A DNA stretch of 64,000 nucleotides from Kudoa neothunni (Eukaryota; Animalia; Cnidaria), in the NCBI GenBank assembly GCA_964304625.1, contig OZ199839.1, positions 5,512,898 to 5,576,897 of the forward strand, written 5' to 3'. The notes under the pieces were generated by a model, which saw nothing but the letters and a program-made list of their open reading frames with translations, had not been told where the DNA came from and searched no databases. The translations under genes and the position numbers were made by a program. Each line of letters opens with the position of its first letter. Within the stretch, counting starts at the first letter, position 1. This document shows positions 12,460 through 25,149 of the stretch, piece by piece.

Positions 12460-14717
12460 CCTTCTAACGATCTCAAGAAACAGTACTCCCGTAACATTTT
12501 TGGGGTAAAAATTACCCCACTTTGTTATTACGCCAATATGTGTAGGAAATTAATTAATTGGGGATTACAAAGTATGGTTAAATTTAGGCGAGTGGAATCG
12601 TTGGAATATTGTGTTATTACCCGAAATAATCTCCAATTAATCCCGATTATGACATTATCACATTGTATCGGAGTTCTTCTTAATGTATATAAAATAAAAG
12701 TAACGTTATCAGATAGTAAAAAACTCATAAAAAATAAACAATAACGAAAAAAAAACTAAATATAAACAAAAATATTAGGTTTGACAATTGAAACAAAATT
12801 TCAAGGCATGAGTAGCGTAACAAAATTTATAACTGTTTAAGCACCATTTGGGGATTTCTTTTCTTGTTTTCTTTCATAATAATCGCAGCGTAATGTTTTT
12901 CCGTTGCAATTTGATTCTATTTTTGGATCACTACGTGTTTGACATTCGATGAATAACTTTGTTGGAGTTTCTATTTAAAAGTGGATTGTACAATTCTTGA
13001 GTAATCTCTTTCAGAAAGTTTCTTATTAATTTTTTGTCTGGTTTAAGTATGTCATTGAATAATGAAAACGCATCAATCAACGCGATATCAATTGCACTGT
13101 AATAGACGATACGTGGCCATCATCTTGTAAATCTCCTCGTAGAAATTAATGCCAACATTCCGTCCACATTATCAACCCCACCTTTAGTTGCATTGTAATG
13201 GATTATAGTATGAGGTTTAAAATTTGTTGATGCTTTGGTGATAATATTATCGTTGGTACCATGGATAACAATATGACAGCTTGGCCTTTTTTACAAACAT
13301 ACGACGTCATCATATACTTCTCATGAAACGCAAATATACTAGCGTAGAGTGATCTTTTTTTTGAAGGAAAAAGGCAAGGTGGTATTTCTTTTTTTGTTTT
13401 TACGTATAGTTTCCAAATACTTTTCTCTTTCTTTCCAATAATTTTTGAACAAGTGAAAAGGATGAGTAAAAGTTATCGGTCACAACATTTCTACCAGAAT
13501 GATATAAAGGTTCTAATAAGGAGAGGACAATGCTTTCCCTAACATTACATTTCCTCGGTCCCTCAAATTTATTTCTCCCCAGATACACACTGGTATTTGA
13601 AATATAGTTGGAAGTAGGGTCCACCAATAAAAAAACTTAATGTCATACTTCGACGGTTTCATTAACATATATTGACCGGAAGGACATCTTTCCATAAAGG
13701 ATACGAGTTTCTTATCCATTGTAATATCGTGGTTTGGAGAAAAACATATTGGTAATATGTCAACCCATATATCCCATATCTCACGAATAGGAAATATTTT
13801 ATTGCCTGTTTTCCTCTACGATCTTGTATTTAACTCGGCAAAACTAAGGGATCTTGACATTTGAGTAAAATGCCTATGCGAAAAAAATCGTTTATAACTT
13901 TCCTTGCCCACATGGATGCTAAAAAGTTGGCACAACGGTTCTTGCCTATCCTTATGAATAGCCATTAATTTCAAGACTTGCATAACTCTTAAATCCAACT
14001 TCATTGATATCTTGCCACTTATCTATGAAATAGTGATTTTAAAACTTATTTATATACTTTAAAATAATTCGACAGATTTCTGAAGTAATAAATAGCAAAA
14101 AACAATTAATGCATGATTCTATTTTTAACAACGCATATGAAATGGCACCAAGAATGGAATTCACTATATTCTCGGCACAGGTTTTTCTCGTAGATGGTTT
14201 TGACAAAGTCAAAGAAATTCCATTTTAACTCTTTAAAGTATTATCATTGGTATCCATGGAATCTATTTCTTTGTCTGATATATCATTTTTATAAATAATT
14301 TGGTCATCAAACTCGCTTCCAGATGAGATAAATTCGTCAATGAATCCACTTGCGTCACTCATTTAGAATTATACACTTCGCACATGCACATTGTCTCAAC
14401 CAATCACTTTGTTCGTTGTTTTCCTGAAATCTAATTGTTTGAGTTTACTAAAAATATATTATTTCACTTTTTAAAATATACTTTTTATATTAAAATGATA
14501 AAAAAGTGAGGTAAATTTTCCCCCAAAAAACGTTAGAGGATAATCTTTACATAAAGCCATTTTTATTCATTAGTTTTTTCCAATTTTTTCGAAGAACAAA
14601 GGTCATTGTAAGTTTCAGGATTCTTGAAAATTTGGTAAGATCAAATAATTGAAACAAAAAGATATAATGAATAAAAAATCCCTTTGGGGTAAAATAAACC
14701 CCCAAATCGTCAGAGGG
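12460..14717 (-). mobile_element. piggyBac element with decayed transposase
   Basis: TTAA|CCTTCTAACGAT ... ATCGTCAGAGGG|TTAT termini; subterminal GGGGTAAAA..CCCC palindromes; KPSKYDIK, SGRNVVTDNFYSS, YNATKGGVDNVD. Confidence 0.88.
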
Positions 14718-15319
14718 TTATTATTTGAATCAATATATAATTTTCTTTCGCTAAAAATAATTCATTTGGATATAAAAGTTGCATGAAAATATGTGATACT
14801 GCATTCTATTCGTAATTTGAGAATTTATATTCACGAATACTTTGGCACAAAATACAGTCCTCTAACAATACATGCCAAATAATTTAATAAGAAATTATTG
14901 GTCTATTCGATCTAACTGATATTTTCACAAAATTTTCATTAACTTAAGAATAGATCAATACAAGGAATGTTTCCAGAACAATTAAATAATACGTTTATTT
15001 TTAAAAGGGCGCACTCCTTCGAGAAAACCAGTTGATATTTAAGCATTACTATAATTTTACAAACAAAAAACTCCTTTAAATTTTAGATTTAATCGTATAT
15101 TGTTAATTAAATTTGTTTATTTTTGAACCAGCAAGTATTTTTGCTACAAAGAAAGCTTTTATTTATTTAAAGATGGGGAACTTACGTTAAAATAGTGAAT
15201 ACGTAAGGTAACATTCACAGTTTATTAAAACCTCATTAACATCCTTTATAAAATTACAAAAAAGAAATATAAATTAATACTTTTATTTCTGACGTATTTT
15301 AAGTTTGTATTATCGTTTA

Positions 15320-15993
15320 CTTGCGCGAAAGCCCCGCTTCGTTTAAGCTTACTTTTCCGACCAAGGTCATATGAAGTTCAAAGTAAATTAAGAGTATTTA
15401 AATAAATAGTACAATGATTGCTCAATTAACGGATGATATACTTAACTAATTGGACGCATGAACCTTATTTAATATTATTAAAAACGAAAAAACACTATTG
15501 AGCGTTAAAATTTTCTCTTTAGAGCACCTAAAAATCGATTTTCTCCTTGTTGTTAGCAGTAATCTCTATATCATACCATATGAATAGGTCTAATCTTATT
15601 AAACATCAACAGATGAATTTCATATTAATGCTTGGCTACATAAACTATTATTACCTACCTTATTTGAACTAATTCAATTACTAAATTACTTTTTAATAAT
15701 TTTAAAATAAAATGAACATTATGATACGTTTAAAATTAACTTTTTAAAACTTAAAAAAATGATCTATATGTTTGCAAAAATCCTCTAATCATACCACTCA
15801 TATCACGTGAAAATGTTTTTAGTCATTTTGCAGGATGCAAACCTTTTATAATTTTTTACGTATTTTTCTGTGTTAAAATAAAATTTTATCTTTCCATATG
15901 TGTGCTCAAATGGATCGATATGTCTCTCTATAAAGAATGAAAAATGCGTACACATTGACACACACGGATTACCGGTTTGCTTTATATAGTAGA
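15320..15993 (-). mobile_element. Non-autonomous Helitron B
   Basis: Minus strand starts TCTACTATATAAAG; ends CGAAGCGGGGCTTTCGCGCAAG|T (decayed CTAG). Confidence 0.7.
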
Positions 15994-18525
15994 CTAGCGC
16001 AAAACCCCCGCTTCGCTTGGGTTTCCTTTCCCGACCACGCCGACTTAAGCCTTTAATGGGCCAAGGTCAATTTATGTTAAGAGTCAATAATAATTATTTT
16101 ATCGTTCTTTTGACGATAGAGTTGATCGAAATTGATATTAATCACCCGATCATCTTCACTTTCTTCTTTATAGGACTTTATTTGTATTTAGGAATCATAA
16201 GTTCTTGCCACTCGTGTGGCTTATTAATCTCCCGTTTAAACAACAAATCTTCGTTTACACCGTAACCCCGCCTTCGCACGAACGAATGTTGTAAAATTTG
16301 TTATCTTCGTTTAAGATATAAAAAGAGTAAAGTTAAAGTTTCAGGTGTGTTTAAATAATTTCAATTAAAGTTATATACAGTAAGGTCTCGATATTGCGTG
16401 GTTTTCAATTTGTAGTCTGTTTAAGTCACACTGTACAATTAATTTGCTGTAATGTTGTTATATGGTTAATAGAATATGTTTTCATATATATATATATGTA
16501 TTTATGTAAGATCAGTGAAAATCGAGGGTCTTGCTATTGCGCGGCTTTTTTCCATAAAATAATCCGATAAATCCGCCTTTTGTACCTTTACTGAAGTTGA
16601 AATGGTTAGGTGTCAGAGAAGCATTAAGGATAAACGAGAAATAATATTGTATTTTAAATCATTAGGATCGAATCATAGGGCCAAAGCTTTAACAATAAAG
16701 AAATTTAACCTGCTTAATAAGCATATTTTTCTAATCATTATTAAATAAACATAGGCTATTCTTCGTTGGATAGAATGTTGTCTAAGGACAGCGAAATCAT
16801 CGATTCAGATTTTTCTGATAGCCGTATTAGATTAAAAAGTGGGAAATATGATGAGTTTGAAAGTCTACTATTCAACTGGATTATTCTCCAAAGAGAAAAG
16901 AAGAAAAGTATTCCGGGATTTATCATTTACGAAAAGGCTGCAAAAATAGCTGAAGATCTCAAAATTTACGATTTTAATTTTAGTAAAGGTTGGTTCCCTA
17001 ATTTCAAGACAAGATATTGTTTGACGAATATCAGATTACGTGGAGAGGCTAGAAGTGCTGATGTAAGTGCGATCCCTGAATGGATTAACAATAATTCAAA
17101 TATTCTTGGTAAGTATAAACGGGAAGATATAAATATGGATGAAGCCGCCCTTTTAACGAACAATTACCTCAGCGAACTTATGTCACCAAGCACGAATCTG
17201 GTATAAAAGGGACAAAACAGTAAAAAAAGAGTAACAATATTTGTTATTGCTTCAAGCACCGACGAGAAATTTCCACTTTACGTGATTGGAAAATTTAAGG
17301 AGCCGCGTTGTTTTAATGGAGTCAAAAATCTCCCAGTAAACTATAAGTCTCAAAAAAATGGTTGGATGTCCGCGGCTTTATTCTTAAAAATCCTAAAAAA
17401 TTTAGATAACGAATTCAGTCAAGAAAATAGAAAAGTCCTTATCCTCCTTGATCAATGCCCTTCTCATCCCAATTTAACGAACCACGTTAATAACATTGAA
17501 TTGTTGTTCCTACCTAAAAACACCACCAGTATCCTCCAGTCAATGGATCTCGGCATCATTCATAATTTGAAGACAAACTACCGCAACTCATCGACCAGAA
17601 AGTTTCTGTCTGACGAGGATATTTCAACACCCTTTAAATACACGATTATGGATTATTTTCATACGTTGAATGAAGTATGGGACATGGTAGAGAGAAAACC
17701 TATTGAAAACTGTTTCAAAAAATCTCAGATATTTAGGATTCGTAGGATTAACTAATAAATTAATATTAATATAAAATAAAGTGGATACTAACGCAGACGT
17801 CGATTCCGCATTTGAAACAATAATTGTTGGTAAATATGCATTTCATGTAAGTTTGTTTCAAACAAATTCCTAGACGACTTTGATGATGTAAGTAAATTGG
17901 AGGGAGCTGAAACCGTAAGTGAGGACGCATCATATCAAATCGATAAGGATATTCCGATTGTTTAAAAATGCGATGAAGATCCAGATTTTGATGAAAATAA
18001 TGAAATAGTTAGCTCTGCTGAATTAAAAATGCGATAAATATTATTAGAAAAGCTTTTATGCGAGAGAATCTTGCTGCTTTAATCTATACTCATCCCATAA
18101 TGGATGAAATATATAAAATTATTAAAAATAGAGATATGTTTAAAAAAATAGATGACTTTTTTGTTAAAAATTAATATTTTTCGTTGTTTTCGCATGCTCC
18201 GGTCTCGGTATTACGCGGGGTCTTGCTATTGCGTGGAAAATTCCTACTCCCAAAAAAACAAGCAATATCGAGACCTTACTGTGCGCCTAATAATGATTAT
18301 AACGAATCACATGATAAAGTAATCTTATTATTGTCAGCGCTAATCTGTTTACAAAAAGTTGATACTACCAATTCACCACTTTGTAAGAAAGCAGACAACC
18401 CCATTATATTTTTGTGGTTAATTTTGTATTTTTGAAGTATATTAAGAAATTCAAATACTAAAGAAAGTCTCTGTATGAGGAGAAGATTAGTGCACACACA
18501 GATACTACAACTTTATATAATAGGA
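15994..18525 (-). mobile_element. Non-autonomous Helitron C, interrupted by a Tigger
   Basis: Minus strand A|TCCTATTATATAAAG start; end AAACCCAAGCGAAGCGGGGGTTTTGCGCTAG|T. Confidence 0.75.
16378..18281 (+). mobile_element. Tigger/pogo DNA transposon with decayed transposase
   Basis: Perfect 20 bp TIR CAGTAAGGTCTCGATATTGC; TA/TG flanks; FSKGW..NFKTRY, NMDEAAL, LLDQCPSH, FLPKNTTSILQSMDLGII. Confidence 0.93.
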
Positions 18526-20219
18526 TATCGTTTGTAAACTAAGAATAAATTTTATAACTAGAAGGATTAATTTTTATCGCAAAATTTTTAACAAAACTGA
18601 AAGTCCTATTTAAGTTACTTAATGATTTTGTTTCGTGAATAAATGAACTTTAATCGTTAATTAAATTCTTCATAAAATTAGGGTCATTATATCTTTGGTC
18701 AATAAGTTGTAAAATAAACTTAAAAATACACATTAATTTCCCTCAATACCTCAATTTATATTTTAATGGAAAGTGTGTGCATAATTTTGTTTTTCTAAAT
18801 GATCGCATTGCAAAAATAATGACAAGCTTAAAAATGCATCAATTAAAATAGAAAAATACAATTTATAGTGTTAATTAGATTGAATCTTTCACAGAATTTC
18901 TGCATTCAAAAATAAAACTAAAAGTTAAAATTTTTCAACACACAATACCATGAAAGGCCAGGAATTAGTGCTAGTATTTATTATTTTGACATCAATGCGT
19001 AAAAACTATGTTTAAATGAAGCGACGAGCACATCGCTTATTAAAATATTTAATTCAATACATGAAAAAAATCAAACTGTCGAAATTGGGGTCACAAATGA
19101 TCCCAGTTAGCCACACATGGGTAAAATGGCAGCTTATATTTCTTTTCAAACTTAACAAAATCAACCATTGATCATTGTTTTTTGGCTTGGATCAAATAAT
19201 TAAAAAAAATAGGAAATATGAGCTATGAAGTCACTATAAAAGTAAAATTGTATTTAAACTATTTATTAATTCACTAATATCAGTAGCTTACGTATCAAAA
19301 AACTTAATCAAAATCGAGTATAAAAATTATTTTAAAAGCACCAACGAATACAAATATAGTAATATAATATTTATTTTTCAAATTATTCTATAAAACTACT
19401 TAAAACTAATTAAATATCCGATTGAATATTGAAATTCATATTACAAAGTAATGATCGATATTCCACTCATTGCAAATTCTGAGAATAACTTTAATCGGTA
19501 TTTCTATAACCAATGTGACTACTGTCAATGCAAATGAGCCAATTATTTTTAAAAACCAATGAGTTAATGGTCTATATTGAAATGAGCCATATTGGTTACC
19601 GTAACCAAAACTTAATTATGACCACGAATCTTAAATATACTCAAAAATTAAATAAATTAAGGATTGATGCAAAAATTACAACATTTAATACAATACGATG
19701 TAACTAAAAATTTTTTCTAAACTCTACAATAGAGTAATATTTTAATAATAGATCATTGAATAGTCTTCTAAGTTACTTTTAAAGGCTATTTTCTTTGCAC
19801 ATGTGTGTAATAAGTCGTAATTTATTATGCAGAAATATTATTATAAATAAAATATAACATATCTGTTCGGCGAATAATAACATTAAGATCAGAAGAAAAT
19901 ATATTTTTACTTTTAACACTGATTAGTTAACAATTAACAATATTATAAATTAAGGAAACAAACAAATATTGTCATTTAACAATAAAAATTAATGACTCAA
20001 AATTTAATATATTATTATCACATTCTTTAAATTAATAAAATGATCCTTGTTATAGGTTCAGTAACTAAAAGTCAAAGAAAAAAAAGTATAATGAAAAAAA
20101 CATTTAAGAGAAACAATGCGCAAAATAGAAATGGAACATATGGAACAAAAAAACAAAACTTCAAAAATACTATAAAAATAAAACAAGTAACAATAAGTCA
20201 ATATTCATGTAACATTCAA

Positions 20220-20984
20220 TTATTTAACGAAGGACACATTTTCTTCATAAAAATTTATGATTATTTGAGGGCAGTGGCGACGAACGATGGAATTTTTTAT
20301 AAATTGCGGAGTATCAAGTTCTTTAAATTGGACAAGTAAATAGTAATTGTCATCTTTCAATGTAGCTCCTTTTATACATGTAGCGGTGTAATTTTTTTTG
20401 AAACCATCGAGTTTACCAGGAAACATACTAAGCAAATTTTCTCGGGTATATTGGGAAGCTGGAAACACTTGTTTTTCATTTGTAACAGTTTGATTTTTCG
20501 CAACTAACGATTCATGTGAATGGGATAACTCCTCATGTAGATCGCTACATGCACTTACGTACGCTTTATAATCGGTCTCACTCTCAACCAATCGCAAGGA
20601 GCGGTTGCTTATAGGTGTGGAATCAGAAGACATTATTTTAACCCTCTTTATCTCATCATTTATGTGTGAGCTGGATCCTTTTCTTTTACTGTTCTTTTTA
20701 TCTTTGTTCATTGATTTTCCTGATATCTCCTTTTTTTGTAATGATTCCTGCATTGATTCACCAAAATTAGGCTTTACCTTTGTTGTTTTCTTCTTTTTAT
20801 TGAAATTTCTCAACAACTCATCACAATTAACAAGATTCTCTTCTGGTTCCCAAGAATTATCTTCGCTCCCGTATCCATCCCACTTAACAAGATAATACAG
20901 TTTATTCCTGATTTTCTTACATCGAATTATCTTCTCAACGCTATATTCTTCGTCAGTACCTGAACTCTTCGAGACCATATTCAT
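20220..20984 (-). CDS. HP1: Heterochromatin protein 1 (HP1/CBX1-3-5 family): chromodomain, ~130 aa hinge, chromoshadow domain; 254 aa, intronless CDS
   Basis: EEYSVEKI...YLVKWDGYGSEDNSWEPEENL.C..LL..F (aromatic cage Y/W/Y intact) and GF....IKGAT...LLVQFK...CPQIIINFYEE. First ATG at 20984; the ORF-track start at 21029 is TTG. Confidence 0.92.
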   Translation of the reverse strand: MNMVSKSSGTDEEYSVEKIIRCKKIRNKLYYLVKWDGYGSEDNSWEPEENLVNCDELLRNFNKKKKTTKVKPNFGESMQESLQKKEISGKSMNKDKKNSKRKGSSSHINDEIKRVKIMSSDSTPISNRSLRLVESETDYKAYVSACSDLHEELSHSHESLVAKNQTVTNEKQVFPASQYTRENLLSMFPGKLDGFKKNYTATCIKGATLKDDNYYLLVQFKELDTPQFIKNSIVRRHCPQIIINFYEENVSFVK

Positions 20985-21504
20985 TGTCGAAAAAATCCGT
21001 TGTATTCCGAGTGCAATGCGCTGACTCAAGTAGCATGCGTGATCATGTAGTGCGACGGCTCAGTGGTTATTCCGGAAAGAATCTGTTTTTCTGTTTATTC
21101 TTGTTTGCTGTGGCTGACTATTTATTGGGAAGAAGTCATTTTTTATAACCAATTCGTATTCTCATTAATGAAGCCTTATTTATATATTTCTCATTGTCAC
21201 TAGATGATAATCCGGTTATTATCATGAGATGTCGTCACTATTCGATAAACGATTAATTATCTGTTCTGTTATTAAATTATCTCTACCCTGGTAAACGTTT
21301 ATTAACTCGACGTCGGTTTCTTTACAATACTCATTCCGAGAGTACGATTCTAATTCCCTGATGTTTCTTTTTTTATTTGTAGGTTTTAAAATTTTAAATA
21401 AGGATAAATGATATTCACAATCATAAACTAGTCGATTTATGGAATACTTACTAGATATAAGCGAATAGAGGAGAGTTAGAATAATAAATATTTTTCTTTA
21501 TTAA

Positions 21505-23300
21505 CCCTTAGTTGATACACTTGCATTGAATGTACAATCGATACCTTCGGACTCCTTGTTCTCAACAAGTTGAAATAAGAGTTTTTTGTATTAGCAAAAA
21601 TCGAATCATACCTAAATATCTGTTTCTTAGTCGCATTCAATATAAATAGTGTAATTATCGACTAGAATCAACACAAAATTATTTAATACATTGTGAAACT
21701 ACAAAAAGTAATTGTACAGTTATCATATATTATATTTATTGGGAATAGCGATTTCACAAATATTTAAAGATTTCGAACAAGTTAGTTTACTTCTACGGCG
21801 AGTGCTTTATAAGGCGTATATGGTATCGCTTTCTTGCTACATCACGATTATCATGGCATGTTGAGTTTTCAATGTTGGAAAATGTAAATCCAACAATTTC
21901 TAATAAACGTTTCCTTCCAGTTATAAACGAGCATATCGATTTTCAGCCGGTCTTACTTATATTTCTTAATAATTGATGTTATCAATTCTAATAACAATTT
22001 CTTCGTTTTGTTAGATTTTTTTAAGTGAAAAATTCTTTTGATTATAGACATAATTAAGTTAAAAACCGTCAAAAATATTAATTGAAAAATTATTCAGCAG
22101 GTCGACGATTAAGTTTACGCCTGCAATTATATGCAAACACATTGATCGACAGTGTCGAGCCTGCACTTCTCGACATTTTAATTAATTAAATCTTTTGGTT
22201 TAACATTAAATTCAGAACCTACTTCTTTAACTCAATCTTCAAAGGACAGGATGATCACAAAATTATTCTTCTTCGTTGGAACATAACATATAAATGTAAA
22301 TGTCATGTAACATCCAAGCAATATGAATATCTCGCTTGATTTTTCTAAATATTTAGGAGGAAAAATGTCATAACCTTACGAATCGTGTCAAGTATGGATG
22401 CTGTAGTATATATTCACTAAATTTCCTCCTTGTGAAACAATTATCACAAGTGACGCTTATCTCTGATTCAAATAAATGTCCTATTAATTTAGTTATCGTG
22501 TTAAAGTTTAGATTTTGTATATTTATCAGTTTTTAACATATGTATAGAATTATATTTGAAAATATACCGTACTGCTACACACGATCCCAAACTTTATTTC
22601 ATTCTTGGACATTTTTTTGGTATATAAACAGGAATGATAAGAGTTCTAAAGACGGATACAATTGTTCATCGATAGTGATATCGAGACCAGGAATGTAACT
22701 AAGCCTGAAATACCAATTATAATTTCAAACGAATTTTTTATTAGGAAAAAATTGTTTTATAATTCATATTTTTAATTTGTTCTAAATATTTACCTAATCA
22801 TATGTAAAGAAAAAATTTGTTAAAGGTTCAAAGTCTTTGTCTCGCCAAACAATGGTGTACCATTAGTTATACACCATTAAACTCTAACAGAATTGTTATT
22901 CTATTTTATACCTGATTCTGCAGTAGGGATCGAATAAATGCTTAGAATTCGGCAAGATCCACAAGCTTTCATTTGTCATTAAACATGGTAACATCTTTTT
23001 ATTTGTAAAAAAAATCTTTTCCATCATCTCTCTCATTGTTATAAAAAGTTTTTCTCGTTGATGTAACAAATTACGCCAATAAAACGACCAGTTCTTTACC
23101 AATTTCTATATTATTCTTAGTTGTTCTTCAGTGTATTAATTGCAATGAAAAAATATAGATTTATCTATTGATACTATTGATTCATAGATTCGCTCATGTT
23201 TCCGCTTATCTGTATCATTCTTCCCTTTTCAATTTTTTATTTTATGTGGTATTATTCTATAATTTGATCTGAAAAGTATTAGTCAAAGGAGATTTTCTGT
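21505..23300 (-). pseudogene. Heavily decayed piggyBac element
   Basis: Minus-strand remnants YIPGLDITIDEQL (~22660-22700), CYVPTKKNNFVIILS (~22245-22290), LDTVDQC..YNCRRK.NR (~22100-22165); TTAA|CCC at 21501-21507. Right boundary uncertain. Confidence 0.7.
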
Positions 23301-25149
23301 AAATCACCTTCGACTAATATTTGTATTAGATTTTTATACAGAATAATGGTAGTTTAGTACGTTTTTGGTTTTTGTGTTATCAAATTAAATGAGGCTGTTC
23401 AAATCCAAAGATGGGAATTCATTATTAAAATCAGGTCCCATCATTAAAAAGCTATCACACCACTGTGGTTATTTTGCATTTTATTAGTAACCAACAAACA
23501 TATTATTAAGAACAAATGACTTAAGTCGCATTCGAAGAATTCTAATAATTTTCTTCGTTTATCATATGATCGAGAACATATATTTATGATGTTAAATAAA
23601 GGTTAGGTCAAATATTTAATATTTAAAGGGAAATGTACATGATTTACAGTATCTCCGGATCAAATTGTGAGTTACACATAAAAAAGTATAATGTAGAAAG
23701 ATAAATAAATATTTTAGTTTTCAACTGTCATCCTTTTGTTCGTCTGTGGTATGGTATTTGTTTGAATATTAATCCTCTAACGGACCCAAACACGACCACT
23801 CTTTACAGTCCTTGGGTTAAAAAATATCACACGTTTTTTTTATAAATGTAATTGATTAAGTTTTTATAGTCGAAACGACCATTTGTCTACAGATTACTAA
23901 GGAGATTATGATTAATTCCCAATACTAATCCCTATAATCTCATTTCGTGACGGTCGCAATATTCATCCGGAAAAAATATGAGTTAGGTGGTATCAAACCT
24001 ATAAAAAATAATGTTACAAACTAAATATTTATAAAAACAAAAGAAATTAAACATACATTCGTTAGCTAACAATGAAAACATTTTTTTGATGAATGAAGCC
24101 AACAAAAGAAATTTCCACAAATTGAACATTGATCAGAAGTTTTCTTATCAGAGGCACGAAGGTAATGGGGGAGTATCTATCCAGCTCCAAAAATTCGGCA
24201 TCTTCCCGTGCACGCACATTCCCGATTGTTTTTATAATTTAATTTAACACATTTTTAAAATGTTGATTGATCACAAATCAGACAATAATTTTTATTCTAA
24301 AGAGTTGCAAAAAATCACACTTCGGCAACAATCGGACAGCCCGTAATATAATTCGCATACCTTTTCATAACCCTTTTCAGCCTAATTTGTTATAAATAAT
24401 TCATGAAATTTATATTTTGAATTTTTATATTATCAAATATGTTATGTGGATTATTAATGAAATTGAACTGAAAGGATATATGCCAGTTATTTATTGTGTT
24501 TTTTAACCTTAAGTTTTCATTTTTTACGTTAACGACTCTTAATCGTTACTTAAAAATTTATTTTTTAAGTTCATATATTTTGTTAGTGTGTTAATATTAA
24601 ATATATAACGGTATACCGTACAAACAATATTGATGAAATTGAAAACCTTATATTACAAACAACAAAATGAATGATTCGTTAACTACTTATAATTTGATTA
24701 TAAATAAGTCAACCATAAATTATTTAATGTGGATTTGTATAAATATATTGACCACTTTGAGGAACGATCCGTGATAACTATAATTCATAGTTAACGTATT
24801 GCATAATCATATTGATTTTCAAGACTGAGAAACAATTGTGAGTTCAAAATTAAAAATTTGTTTTTTTTTAAATTTCATAATCTAATTTCATTTATAAGGA
24901 AAAATTATTTTTTCATTAATAAAGCCTTAACGGTAAATCATAAACATATATTTTAATTTATTATCATTAGACGAAAATACGCGAGAAATCTCAAATATAT
25001 TTATTGCAAATATAATTTTAATTTTATAGTTAATACTAATATGGTAAAATCTAAAGTTTTCTTAAGTTTTTTGATAAATAGCAGTATATAAAAGATGAAT
25101 CAAAACAAAAATATTTTGTTTCACTAGCTGTTATTTAATTGGTAAATAA

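Larger units (their letters stand above)
15242..18974 (+). mobile_element. Non-autonomous Helitron family A, split into 15242-15319 and 18526-18974 by nested insertions
   Basis: A|TCCTTTATAAAA start; the two pieces align consecutively with 7372-7900; ends GTGCTAG|T. Confidence 0.72.

Noticed and set aside
19080-19125. piggyBac-like terminal palindrome GGGGTCACAAATGATCCC
   Set aside because: Isolated, with no matching end or coding remnant.
20040-20895. Plus-strand ORFs 20040..20339 and 20605..20895, and similar antisense ORFs over TE genes
   Set aside because: Shadow frames of real minus-strand coding sequence with no recognisable domains.
21040-21110. tRNA A-box-like GGCTCAGTGGTTA upstream of HP1
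   Set aside because: No B-box or cloverleaf follows.
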